DNA of 64,000 nucleotides from Octopus vulgaris (Eukaryota): contig OX597817.1 of assembly GCA_951406725.2 (NCBI GenBank), positions 73,656,001-73,720,000 of the forward strand, read 5' to 3'. The position numbers and the translations under genes are program-made. A model generated the notes under the pieces. That model was not told where the DNA came from. It saw only the letters and a list, made by a program, of their open reading frames with translations, and made no database searches. This document shows, one piece after another, positions 42,443-55,526 of the stretch; the stretch's first letter is position 1, and each line of letters starts with the position of its first letter.

Positions 42443-42446
<4 letters not shown>
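42282..42446. mobile_element. Small insertion in (TA)n containing a fold-back palindrome of about 96 bp
   Basis: Arms atttattttatagaaggag...ttcattca / tgaatgaa...ctccttctataaaataaat (42349-42444). (TA)n on both sides. Confidence 0.75.
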
Positions 42447-42480
<34 letters not shown>

Positions 42481-42854
42481 ATATGGTGCATGTAGTATGA
42501 GTTTGAATGAGTTTATGCACACGAGTATGTTTGTGTCTCTGCTTACAAGTATATATTCATATAGGATGGGAACTTTTCCTTTAAACATACAGTTTCTTTC
42601 GGAAACCATATCTGTTCGAGATTTTATTTATTTGAGAAAAGGAAATTTTATCGTTCTGCTTTTATTTTTCCTATTTGCTTATCTGCTTATTTATTCGTTG
42701 AGAATAAAAATCTTTTAAGATCCTTTGTAACATCGCTGTTTCAAGACCTTTCCTAGTTTTATCTTCTGCGTGAAGACATTTAAAATGACATTTCATATTG
42801 AAGTTTATTGAGTCATTGATTCGTCTATTTATCTATTTATTCATTCATTTAAGC

Positions 42855-42997
42855 ACAGGCATGGCTGTGTGGGCAAGAAGCTTGCTTCTCAACCATGCAG
42901 GCTTCGGTTCCGTTCCACTGAGCAGCTTCTTTGGCAAGTATCTTCTGCTAAATCTCCAAGTTAACAAAGTCTTGTGACCGAATTTTATGTACATACA

Positions 42998-43033
<36 letters not shown>

Positions 43034-43350
43034 CATATATGAATATCTATATATGTATATATATATGAATATCTATACATACAAATGTATATATATATGT
43101 ATACATACATATGTGTGTGTGTTTGTTTGTTTGTCTATGTGTATTTGTTTTGTTATTGTCCCTCATCTTCACTTGACAACCAATTTGTTGGTTTGTTTAC
43201 GTCCCGTAACGTAACGGTTCAGCAGGGGAGAAGATAGAATAAGTACCAGACCTTAAAAGATAAATACTGAGGTCGATTTGTTCAACTGAAAGTCTTAAAA
43301 GCAGTACCCCACTATAGCCGCTGTCCAATGTCTGAAACCAGTAATAAAAG
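42855..43350 (+). mobile_element. SINE family B, diverged
   Basis: ggcatggctgtgtgggcaagaagcttgcttctcaacca...ggcaagt...cttgacaacc...gtttacgtcccgtaac. Confidence 0.75.
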
Positions 43351-46300
43351 GTACAGATATTGCAGAGTATTTGAAAAGAACTAAATTTTTCCACGTTTGA
43401 TTTTTCAGCCTCATAAGAAAACATATCTTCGATCATAGATGACCTGTTAGAAATATCAGCAAAATATTCCTACAGTCTTTAAAAAACTTATGATGTACAG
43501 TTAGAAAATGTAGTCTTTATAACACTTTCAAATAGAATGTATGCGGTACTGTTGGAATGTCTTTGATAAAAGTTACAATCAAAAATATTTCAGCTGTAAC
43601 ACGATTGACCTTAGGCTAAACTATTACAGCAATCATGCTTAGCAAAGAGAATGTTTCCTAATCGACCCAGAGAGCTTATCGAGGCAGAAATGCAACAGAC
43701 TAATAATGGTCCTCTTTGTGGTCGTTCCAAACCCACCATCTTATTTGAAGGAGACATTGGATTAAAATAGTTCTATATACCACTATGTATGGATTAAAGA
43801 CCTCTGGTCTAAGGTAGGATGGATGTGATCGTATATTTTTGATGTGAAGCAGACCTGGAACTAAATGATCATGACCTGGTTAAAGTTAAAGCTTCTGATG
43901 ATTCTAAAACTTCTCTGATTTGTTTTTTTTTCTTATAGCCTCTTCAGAATAGTTAAGCTTTCACCCAAGTTCCTCTCACATTCTTTGTAATGTTAGCAGA
44001 AAGAGAAAAAGAAATCTCGTCTCAATACATATAGTCCACAGTTTTTACGTCTATTCAGTTTTACGAACAAGGCTATTATCAAAGAAAAACACTGACCCAA
44101 GATGCCTCACAGTGAAATCGAACTCATAGCCACGAGACTGCAAGATGAACTTCTTAATCACATTATCATGTCTGTTCCAATATATCAATGAAATTAAATA
44201 TAGAAATAGGCATAGACGAAAATATTGTTTTTTTAAAAATAGGCAATAGTAAATTGAACAATATCAATAGTTAAATACGGACTAATGCTTACACATCAAA
44301 CCAACAGAACAAACCTGCGTGGTCGCTCGATTTGCTAGAAATAGAAGTAAATTCTCCCTCATTTCAGAATTCATAATCTTAAAAAAAAAGGAAAAGAAAA
44401 AGAACATTAAATAATATAGTTCTAGAAAGCTCCCACCAACAGATGACCAATAGGACCATGTCTGGATCACCCGATTTATTTGAGTCCACTTCAAGCAAAA
44501 TATCATCATCATCATGCTCGTGATTACCACCACAGCCACCACCACCAACAGCAACAATGCCCAATCATGTACAATGATAACAATACAAAACAAACTCAGA
44601 AATTTAGATTTTGCTCCTCAAATGCAGCAATATAACATCAATTTAATAAAAGCAAACGCTAGTCAATAATAGATATTTAAACAATTCTGTAAATTAATTA
44701 TAAAACAATAAATAATTTGCACCACAAACAGAAATGCAAATAACCGCAACAAGCAATAAAAATAAATAAATAATTTAAATAAATCACACACACGGATTAT
44801 TATATGAACCAAATGTACTCATAGTATAGAATATAGATTAATATTATCAAAGGAATAATCTCGTTAATAAAAAAAAAGAAGAGAATTATGCGTTATATAA
44901 AACTAATAAACTATATTGCATGAGCGTGAAAATTATGAAAATCCTCAGCTACTGCAAACTGTAAGTCTGAAAGCCTGCAAATTAACTTAATATGAAGATC
45001 AATGTAACATAGAACATTCAATTGTAAAACATGTTATTTATAATGTTATTGAATTTAACTGCTGCTACTACTGCTATATTGTAAAGAATCTAAATAAAGC
45101 GATAAAGGTGTGCGTTGGTAACAATAGTGTTAGTACATGCAGGAGAGTATAGTTCGTTAGGGTTTGGAGAAGCGTGGAGAAGGCTGACGTTTCGTGCTCT
45201 AATTTTTCGATGACTTCGTCGAAGTGTCAGGTTTCGAAACGGCGATTATTATTTCACCCATCATGGCAATCGAACTTATTGATACCAAACAATCCCCGAT
45301 GTTCTATTATATAAAATACATCACGCTGGTATCGTCGTAAAGGAATCATTGAAACAGCACCTTTGGTGTCCGTTTGATTCGAAGATCAACGGAGTTTTAC
45401 ACCACTGTCAGTCAGTGAAGTGACTTCACCAGTGTACAAACATGAACAGGAGTATTAGGAGCCTAAGTTACTTAGATGCCAGAATTCCCTTCTCAGCCTA
45501 GCTAGTGTGGTAGATAGGAATGCAGAGTAGTACGTTTGGTGCTAGTTTGGCTGTAAGAGTTGTCAGAAGAGAGCCAGATTGAACAGTAGACTATTTCCAT
45601 GGCCCCATTCTAGACTTATTCTAAGATTGACCTGCTAACTTTGTCATATAAAGTAGTGAGGTTATTTACCTGCAGCTGAAAGCACTAATCTTGGACGGCA
45701 GTTTTTGGCAAGTACTGTCTGTCGGAGGGAAGTACTGTCTGTCTGCCTGGGACTGATCACTCTCTGAAGTAATGACTACGGTCACTACTCACAAATCACT
45801 CATTGATCCCGTTAGTGAAACAATAGCACAAAACAAAGGCAGTGAGAAAGATTACAACTTCAACAAATCTCTTACTTCTTACGTGGGAGCTCGATTTGCT
45901 AAAAATATCATCCAAATCTTTTGCAACTCAAACTCTGCAATCTCACAAAAGAAAGCACAGACGGGATAATATAGTTCTAGATACATTGTATCAGGAGAAC
46001 CCTTCACAACCACCCGCATCACCAGCAGCATCCACCACAACCACCACCACCACCAGCGACAACAAATTACTACTACGACGACTATTTCTATCCACATGAA
46101 AGCGAGAAGGAGCTACCACGCAGTCACTGTACACGATGAAAATGGTAATTAAATCACCTTCAAACCTCATAGTCACACCATACCGTCTTATAAAAGGATG
46201 ACGGCTTGGTGGGTAACGTAATACTGGATACACTGTGCATAAAAACAGATAAAAATATAATAAAAAGGAATCGCCATTTTCCGAATGTTTTTTGATCGTA

Positions 46301-46589
46301 CTCGGTCAGAATTTACACAGAGCCTAAAACAACAGAACAAAAAGAGAGACACATCAGATAATGTGGTCTTAAATGCACATGACAGATAAGAGAACACAAG
46401 AAAATGATTGTCTCAAGTCAATACTATGGAAGGATGGTTCAACTGAATTACCTGCTTCCGAATAAACGCTTATATTCCAGAGCATTCTACAGGTATCTGT
46501 ACCTTAAGGTAATTCTCATACATTTAATACATAGGTAATAATTCAGTTGTGCTGAACAGCTGTTTCAAAGATATAAAACTTTTATATAG

Positions 46590-46880
46590 TGATGAACTCT
46601 CCCGTCGAAGACGACGTATGGGTGTTCAGCTGTTGCCGAACGACCTGCACAAATAACTTGTTTATAGTGAACAAATATATATGCTGTACATTAGCTCACT
46701 TCCTCCGTCAAATCAACGTTGCATGAACAGGTGCACAGAGTACCTCTAGTCAGGTCTCGAAGTGTTCGCAGAGCAACGTGAAAGGAAGTGCTTTGCTCAA
46801 GAACACTACGTACCACCCGGTCTAGGAAATTGAAATCGTGATCTCACATGCAACGCTCAAACCACTAGGTCACGCTTCCT
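46590..46880 (-). mobile_element. SINE family C-related copy
   Basis: Contains gagcaacgtgaaaggaagtgctttgctcaagaacac and a tRNA-like head on the minus strand. The tail resembles the reverse complement of 26040-26160. Confidence 0.6.
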
Positions 46881-47389
46881 CACTATATAATAATATATTT
46901 AAAATACATGAAACATCATTTATATAATAACATATTTAAAATACACAATTAATTAATATAAAAGGATATGCTTCCCATATCATCGGGAAAAGAAAAAAAA
47001 TAACCAGGAAACCGTTATTGATCTAAAAGCATAGATGCTTTTTTACCTTTTTATGCAAAACATGTTTCTATTGCTATTACAAACACTAATTTATGTATAA
47101 GAGTTGATACATTCTGCAATAAGTCTTATAAGATTTTTCTTGAGAAAACATTCACCAGTTTTATAATCGGTATTTATTTGTTTGATGTCAGGTATATTTT
47201 GTAAGTGCATTGTGCTTTCCCTCGCGGCAGAATGTCGTTTAATTTTTTTGAGTTGATTTATTTCTGTATTTCTGTCTACTAACGTGCCTGGAAATATGTT
47301 TAACAGTGCGTAATCCATTATACTTTTTTTTTAAGTCGCGCAAATTTTGCGAAGGAATTTGAAGCTATTCTTATTAGTACTTTGGTACA

Positions 47390-47408
47390 TACATACACAT
47401 ATATATGT

Positions 47409-47473
<65 letters not shown>

Positions 47474-47501
47474 TGTATATATATATACATACTTATGTAT
47501 G

Positions 47502-47540
<39 letters not shown>

Positions 47541-47612
47541 GTATGTATATATTTACATATGTGTATGCATGTATATATGAATACGTATATATATGTATGT
47601 ATATATGTATAC

Positions 47613-47649
<37 letters not shown>

Positions 47650-47734
47650 TATGCATATATAGATACATATATATGTATGTATATATGTATACGTATATAT
47701 ATGTATGAATGTATGCATACATGCATAATGCATG

Positions 47735-47768
<34 letters not shown>

Positions 47769-47805
47769 TGTATGTATGTATGAATGTATGTATGTATGTA
47801 TGTAA
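47390..47805. repeat. Compound (TA)n/(TATG)n microsatellite
   Basis: Seen directly. Confidence 0.95.
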
Positions 47806-48739
47806 GTTTGACGTTTTATATTTATGTGAGCAATTTCTTAAGGACATTAGGGTTTAAATTATATGAATTGCCTTCAGCTGAAACTTAAAACCGGCTGGCG
47901 AACTAACGTCGTCAGAAGCTTACATTCTTTTCAACAGCACTCGCTGCACCCGAACATACGCACATATATGAATGTGTATATGCATATACACACACACATA
48001 TATATATATGTGTGTGTGTATGTGTGTGTGTATAATATATATTATATTTATATTTACATACAAACATGTGCATTAATGCAAATAGGTATATAAATGCAAG
48101 AATTTTATATATATTGAAGACAAACGCACATAAAATCTAAACGATGCGGCTTTTGTTCGTCTAAGAAAGATATTTAATCATTGAGAATACCCATTGACTT
48201 ATTAGGTAGTCGGGGTTATGACTTTATGTCTATGTGTATCACACAAAGAAAATATAGTATATATGGCACCAGTTACCTCTAGATGTCTCAGTGAAAATCC
48301 CTCTCAACGGCCAATGCTAAATTTAAGGCAGCTACTTCTTTAGCCAAAGTATATAGCATTAGCCGACATCGCAAGTGCTTGGTATAGAAACCGACTTGGA
48401 ACAGACAACGAAACGAAGCAAACACTTTATATATATATATATATATATCACTGTGAAAGAACAGCTACTTCAGAAAGCAGTGGGAAATATGTGTAAAGTG
48501 CAATACAGGGTAAATATAGTTTGAGTTGCTTGAATACATGTCAGGTATTATATAGTAAATAGATGCATATGAACCTAGGAAACACAGTTTTAGTTCATCT
48601 TTTAATCCATCTAAGCGAGATAGTTAATCACCGAGAGTGCACTATAGTTTAGTGGTATTATGATTCCATGTCTATGTGCTTTGGGCAAATATGAAGAATG
48701 ACACTTTATATGGAACAAAAAATATGGAATATATACCCC

Positions 48740-48823
<84 letters not shown>

Positions 48824-49009
48824 CACGCACGCACGCACATATGAATATATGTATATAAGAAGAAAATTTTATAACTTCGTTAAACCAAAGAACAAAAATG
48901 AAAATAGGACTGCAGCTAGAAGGGCTCAGGCTGGATGTAAAATTGAGATATGTCCAGGGAAGCACTCGACTCGAATACTGGGCTTCCTTTCATTGGATTA
49001 TATATATAT

Positions 49010-49200
49010 GGGGAGAATTCACGAAAAAAAAAGCAAAAGACGAAGACAGGTGGTGTAGACAACGAACAGATGTATTAGTATAATGCTCGGGAATTGAAAA
49101 AGTCTTTAACGTTTCGAGCCTACGCTCTTCTGATTGGAGCACAGAAAGAAACAAGGAGATAAAAAATGTGTGTAGTGGCTACCGATCTATCGTGGCGAAA
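49010..49200 (-). mobile_element. Solo terminal repeat of the Penelope-like family seen at 52880-53025
   Basis: Reverse complement gaagagcgtaggctcgaaacgttaaagactttttcaattcccgagc...ctgtcttcgtcttttg matches 52908-53000. Confidence 0.7.
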
Positions 49201-49206
49201 TTATAT

Positions 49207-49275
<69 letters not shown>

Positions 49276-49947
49276 TGTATGTGTATTGCGTGTGTGAGAG
49301 AGAGTTGGATCTATCATCAGTATGGAATTGGGAAGATTTGTTCAAATGATCATTCCATACGCATGGAACATACAGTGGCTATAGTTATTAGAAGTACAGC
49401 TCTACCGATAAGTTCAGTCCGCTACTTAAGGTAAATGACGTATGTATGTGTATGTCTGCATGTGCGTGTATGTGTATGTGTATGAGTGCAAGAGCACAGA
49501 GATGGAGAGAAAGAGAGAGAAAAAGAGAGACAGACAGACAGAGAGGGAGAGAAAGTGAGGAAAAGAGAGAGAGAGAGGGGCAAAAAAGTGGAAGGAATAA
49601 TATCGTTTAATCATCGACGTCATCGTCATCATCGTCACCATCGTTGTCGTCGCTACCACCACCATTATCACCATCAACATCTTCATCATCATCATCATCA
49701 TGAACACTATAACTGTTTTAGATTCTTTATTTTTCGAATTTTAATATTCTACTCTTGTTTGGAATATGGATGTCAATAATATTCAATACGCTTTAGGTTT
49801 TGCCTATGCACTGACTGGTGTCCTGCCGTGTTCGTTTTATACGTGAAGCAGCACAGCATGGACTGATGGACTGGGTAGAGCATTCTTAGTGGCCCGAATA
49901 CTAACTCATTGAGCAACAATAGAAAGGCTCTAACATGTACATATGTG

Positions 49948-50077
<130 letters not shown>

Positions 50078-50542
50078 CTGCCATACACACAACGCAATAC
50101 ATATAGACATACATAGATATTCATACAATGAAGATACGACTGTGTTTTACTTTATCGTATTTTATTGATGTTAACACACTTGAACATAGACCGTCGTGTT
50201 TTCCATACAACATTGGAAACAAAACTTTTCTCCGTAGGGGCGTGCATTCGTCAGTCGGTCTGTCTTTCTCACTCTCGCTCCTTCTTTCTCTAGATTGATA
50301 GATTGATAGATATGTAATTTTGTGTAATGTATGTAATATAACATTAACCTGTTTTGAAAGACAAAATATTTACCTCGATGTCAAAAAAAAAACGAAAGGT
50401 TTACATCCCTGGTTTTTATCTTTTTATGAGAAAAGTAAGTAGAATTGACTGGACTAGTTTCTATTCTTCTTATGCCTTACATTATGTTTCAAATAATTCA
50501 AAATTGTTGTATATTGCATTTTCATTTAATTACTTGTCTGCA

Positions 50543-50775
50543 CTTTCAGCAATGGAACGCTAACACATCTGCCACCGACTGGATTAACAATATAACGAAA
50601 TATAACGAACGAAAGTTATACAAATTTCTGCAGCTCGACATTGTAGAATTCTATCCGTCGATCGGAAAAAATTTCCTAACGGCACTGTAATTTGCAAAGA
50701 GTTTGCCCAACAAATTTTCATACTAATGCATTGAAAGAAGTCCTTCCTGCTCTACGGTAACTCACCCTGGGTAAG
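50543..50775 (+). pseudogene. Penelope-like reverse transcriptase fragment
   Basis: QQWNANTSATDWINNI...KFLQLDIVEFYPSI...TAL*FA matches the QW.NT...W / F..FDI..FYPSI motif of PLE RTs. Confidence 0.7.
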
Positions 50776-51539
50776 AAATAGTACTGACTGCCTTTTTGTA
50801 AGTATTCTATTTTACGACTTGAAACTTGATATTTTAATTTAAGTCTGTACGTGAATATAATTACACGTCTTTGAGCTAAACATCTCTGTTTGATTAGCAT
50901 GACTGAAAGTTATCCTGATTGTCATTTGGTGGGATTGAAACTATCCTCCTTTCAGTAATTCTGCTTTAATAATTCTAAATTAGTTTCATTTACTTCTATA
51001 ATATTTATGTTATTCCTTCTTAAATTACGATAACATTTAATTTGCTCCATTTTTCGTTGGCTCACTTAAATAATTAATAGCAATTTTAGTTTGATTTTAA
51101 TTACTGTCATTTCACTTAGGGATATTAGAGTTATCCCCTTCAGTTAATTTACTTCTCTTCTGTGAAAATGGGGTTCAAATTGCAATTATTCAAATTTAGT
51201 CGTAAATTAAGTTATATCTATTTCATGCACAATACAGAGTAAATTAGAACCGATTTTAAATTTTAACATTAAGCTGTGTTGCACTTAAAATGGATAATAT
51301 TTAATTAATGACGATCTGACAAAAATACAAATATGCGAAATAGGTTATCCACCATGGTGCTAATCTAATTCAGCACGACCTAACACACACACACACAGAG
51401 TAAGAAGAGGCAGATATCGAATTTCTCTGGGTAAAATTACTTCAGATGGTGCGTACTTTTTAGTAAACTTCCTTTAATTTCCATGTTACAGTTTATTTAT
51501 TGGTTACTTAGAGTGTAAAATACAATATTGATAATTAGA

Positions 51540-51639
51540 AGAATGAAGAATTTGAAATTCAAACTTTACGGTTATTTCCAGTTATGAAGAAACCAACTGG
51601 AAATAAACATGAAGTTTGAATGTTCCAATTCTCCATTCT
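51540..51639. other. Imperfect hairpin of about 100 nt
   Basis: gaatgaagaatttgaaattcaaactttacggttatttccagtt, loop atgaagaaacc, then aactggaaataaacatgaagtttgaatgttccaattctccattc. Confidence 0.8.
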
Positions 51640-51802
51640 CCTTACTACATATACATAGGTTACGAGAAGTAATGGTATCAAGAAGACTCAAAGGTGTTAG
51701 GTAATGCAAATAAGTTTACATATATACAGGTAAACTTGTGTATAAGTGTGTGGGGTGTATGTATATATATGTGTGTGTGTGTGTGTGTTTGTGTGTGTGT
51801 AT

Positions 51803-53025
51803 ACCTCCTGGTCCACAGTTTCTTCCCTAACCCCACCTCACAGCCTGGCTCGTTCCCCTGCTTCCGCCCACGCTGTCGTGCATGTCCCATCCTCTCCAAC
51901 ACCCCCATGCCCACCCATCATCGTCCCTATCACATCACCGACTCCTTTACTTGCACTTCCAGTAACGTCATTTACCGCATATCCTGCTCTCTTTTTCCTT
52001 CGCTGTACAGCGGTCAAACGGGAGGCTGCTTGGCTGACTGGTTCGCAGAGCACCTCCGAGACATCAGACTCGGCAATCAAACTCCGGTCTTTCGCCATTT
52101 TTACTCTACAAGTTATTCGCTACATCATCTGCTTGTGTTCGGACTGTCTTTGCACAGGAGCCATTCGGACTCTTGCCTTCGCCGTGAACAGAATTAATCT
52201 TCTCTCTTCGCTCCTTTGCGCCACATGGGCCCAACTCACCTCCTCTCTTCATCTGACACCAACCTCACCTCCTCTCTTCCTTTGATACCAGTTCCACAAC
52301 ACTCCACGCACACTAGCACTGATCACTGCCCAGCATCCACACCGCACACCATCATCCACACACCCACAGTTTTCAATAGCGTCACCAACATACCTCAATA
52401 GGAGCAGCCACACACACTGTTTAACTCAGTTCACACATTACACATCATACACACTCGCACCCCACACAAGCACATAATATCTGGACAAAGGCTATATATA
52501 CATAGACACGCAACACGCAACATAGACAGAGATAGCTTTTCGCCCAATATATACACCATACATACGCACACTGTTTCGTCACAGACGCACACAACACAGA
52601 CACGCACACACACACACACACATACACACACAAATAAACAAACGCGCGCGTTACAAACGTACACACTCACACGTCAGAGTCACTCACCCCTATTCACACA
52701 CACACACTCACATTCAATTCTCACATGCACACACGCACGAGCACCATCTCTTAGAATCACTAGCACTTTATTGTCTCTCTTTCATTCTACCTATCTATTT
52801 TATTATCTCCCTTTCTTTCAACCTCTCATTTCCAATCATTCGCCGGACCGCTGAAATCCACAAGATTTTTCATCCTCTCTGTTTATTTTCTTTTATTTCT
52901 TTGTATTCAAGAGCGTAGGCTCGAAGTGTAAAATACTTTTTCATTTGCCCGAGCGTCAAACTAATACACTTGCTTGTTTTTCCTACATCTGTCTTCGTCT
53001 TTTGCTTTTCTATAAATTTCAACTA
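51803..53025 (+). mobile_element. 5'-truncated Penelope-like element: GIY-YIG endonuclease remnant plus terminal repeat
   Basis: PGSFPCFRPRCRACP...FTCTSSNVIYRISC...LYSGQTG..LADWFAEHLRDI...PVFRHF...RRE (51803-52197), then a CA-rich UTR and a terminal repeat at about 52880-53025. Confidence 0.85.
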
Positions 53026-53078
53026 TATATATATATATATACTTGTGTTTACCTCATCACTCCCTCTCTCTCTCTCCC

Positions 53079-53133
<55 letters not shown>

Positions 53134-53159
53134 CTATGTATATATATATATATTAACCG

Positions 53160-53438
53160 GTACTTCCAGTTGATCCGATCAACGAAACAAACTGCTCGTG
53201 AAATTAACGTGCAAGTGGCTGAGCGCTCCACAGACGCGTACCCTTAACATAATTCTCTGGGAGATTCAGCATGACGCAGAATGTGACGAAGCTGGCCTTT
53301 TCAAATACAGGACTACTTACATTTGGCAGCTGAGTGAATTGAAGCAACATGGACTAAAGTGTCTTGCTCAAGAACACAATGCGCCTACAGGAATCGAAAT
53401 TGCCATCTCACGATTGTGAGCCGAATACCCTAAGCAAC
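53160..53438 (-). mobile_element. SINE family C-related copy (different tail)
   Basis: cagctgagtgaattgaagcaacatggactaaagtgtcttgctcaagaacac plus a tRNA-like head on the minus strand. Confidence 0.7.
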
Positions 53439-53452
53439 AAATATATATATAC

Positions 53453-53850
53453 AGGAGTGGCTGTGTGGTAAGTAGCTTGCTTACCAACCACATGATTCCG
53501 GGTTCAGTCCCACTGCGTGGCACCTTGGGCAAGTGTGGTCTGCTATAGCCTCGGGCTGACCAATGCCTTGTGAGTGGATTTGGTAGACGGAAACTGAAAG
53601 AAGCCTGTCGTATATATGTATATATATATATGTATGTGTGTGTGTGTTTGTGCGTCTGTGTTTGTCTCCCTAGCATTGCTTGACAACCGATGCTGGTGTG
53701 TTTACGTCCCCGTCACTTAGCGGTTCGGCAAAAGAGACCGGTAGAATAAGTACTGGGCTTACAAAGAATAAGTCCTGGGGTCGATTTGCTCGACTAAAGG
53801 TGGTGCTCCAGCATGGCCGCAGTCAAATGACTGAAACAAGTAAAAGAGTA
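53453..53850 (+). mobile_element. Full-length SINE family B (tRNA head, CORE-like domain, internal microsatellite)
   Basis: A-box-like tggctgtgtggt, B-box-like ggttcagtccc, CORE-like caccttgggcaagtgt, tail actgaaacaagtaaaagagta. Confidence 0.9.
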
Positions 53851-54364
53851 TATATATGGAAAATTATAAGCACAAGTATATAGTATTTGCTTTCTATTTG
53901 CATATCATTATTTTAGTTATTTGCGCAAATTCTGCATTGGATATTTCTAGTACGATTGCATGCTTAACCACAACAGATCCTCAGGGAAACACTTTATTGT
54001 ATTATATTTCAGAGATCTAAAGTCACAACTGGTTGTCGTACTTTTTCTAATTACACGCAAGATATGTGTGGAGTTTATGTACACAAGCACTCACTCACAC
54101 ACACAAAGACGCGCGCGTGCGCACACACATATAATATATATTTACATATGTGTGTGTGTGCATGTATGTGCATCAGTATTAATATACAATGCTGTCATCT
54201 ACACAGTTTGTGTCTCCTAAATTTCACTCCGGCATTATTGTTTAACGTGAGAATAGCTATAGTCAAACGAACGTATGAGTTCAGAGACGTGTATGTACAA
54301 GCGTGTGTAGATATGCGTATTTGGATATATTTCCGTTCAGATATATATATATATATATATATAT

Positions 54365-55058
54365 ATACTAAGTAATTAAGGGTTTAGCAACGATTTGCCT
54401 CACCACACACCGAATTTAGAAATAGCAGTCAAAGAGTTATAGCTATTCTTTCTACTAAAAGGAGATCTCAGTAAAACCACAGCACTTGAAAGGCAAACAC
54501 AGACAGGCAAGAGAGAAAGAAATGACGGCAATCTATACACGCTGGTGGGAAGGGGTTGGTGACACAAACTTTCATTCACACTTTGAATTTGGTGATACTG
54601 GTAACGGCTTTAGCTCGCTCTGATACTGAGTTGAGATGATGCCTTCTAGTACCTAGAAATTTAATATACAATTATTCATAATTGTAGTGTCCTACGCTGA
54701 TGAGAAAAGAAGTTGGGTAAGACATAATTATCTAATTCTTATGCTTTCCTAAAACTTAATTTCGAAACGTACGTCCGTAGGTGACTTAAAATTGTATGAT
54801 AGATTGCCGTCATTTCTTTCTCTCTTGCCTGTCTGTGTTTGCCTTTCAAGTGCTGTGGTTTTACTGAGATCTCCCTTTTAGTAGAAAGAATAGCTATAAC
54901 TCTTTGACTGCTATTTCTAAATTCGGTGTGTGGTGAGGCAAATCGTTGCTAAACCCTTAATTACTTAGTATTACTTAAACTTTCCTCGAATGAGGCTTTT
55001 ACATGCCGAAATCTACTTGGTGAAATTAATGATTATTCCAAATTAATTGATTTCACCC
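54365..55058 (+). mobile_element. Non-coding fold-back element with 172-bp inverted arms and a hammerhead-containing spacer (Penelope pseudo-LTR or retrozyme-like)
   Basis: Arms 54365-54536 and 54799-54971 are reverse complements apart from one indel. (TA)n flanks both sides, and there is no ORF. Confidence 0.8.
54691..54781 (+). ncRNA. Type I hammerhead ribozyme
   Basis: Stem I CCTACG (54691-96) / CGTAGG (54776-81); core CTGATGA (54697-703); long stem II from G54704 to C54763; GAAA (54764-67); stem III AC-gtac-GT; GUC triplet with predicted cleavage after C54775. Confidence 0.85.
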
Positions 55059-55069
55059 TATATTATTAC

Positions 55070-55144
<75 letters not shown>

Positions 55145-55289
55145 GTCTGTGCATGAGTCTGTGCAAATATCCACGTTCAAATGTGTTAAAATGTCAAAAT
55201 AAGTGAATGGACACGTTGCACAAGCCAAAGAATAAATCAAATAATGTTTACACCTTTTGTAGTGAGTGCCTGTATGAGTGTGGCGTGTG

Positions 55290-55394
<105 letters not shown>

Positions 55395-55412
55395 CATACA
55401 TAAATGTATGCA

Positions 55413-55513
<101 letters not shown>

Positions 55514-55526
55514 GCAAGAGCCAGGG

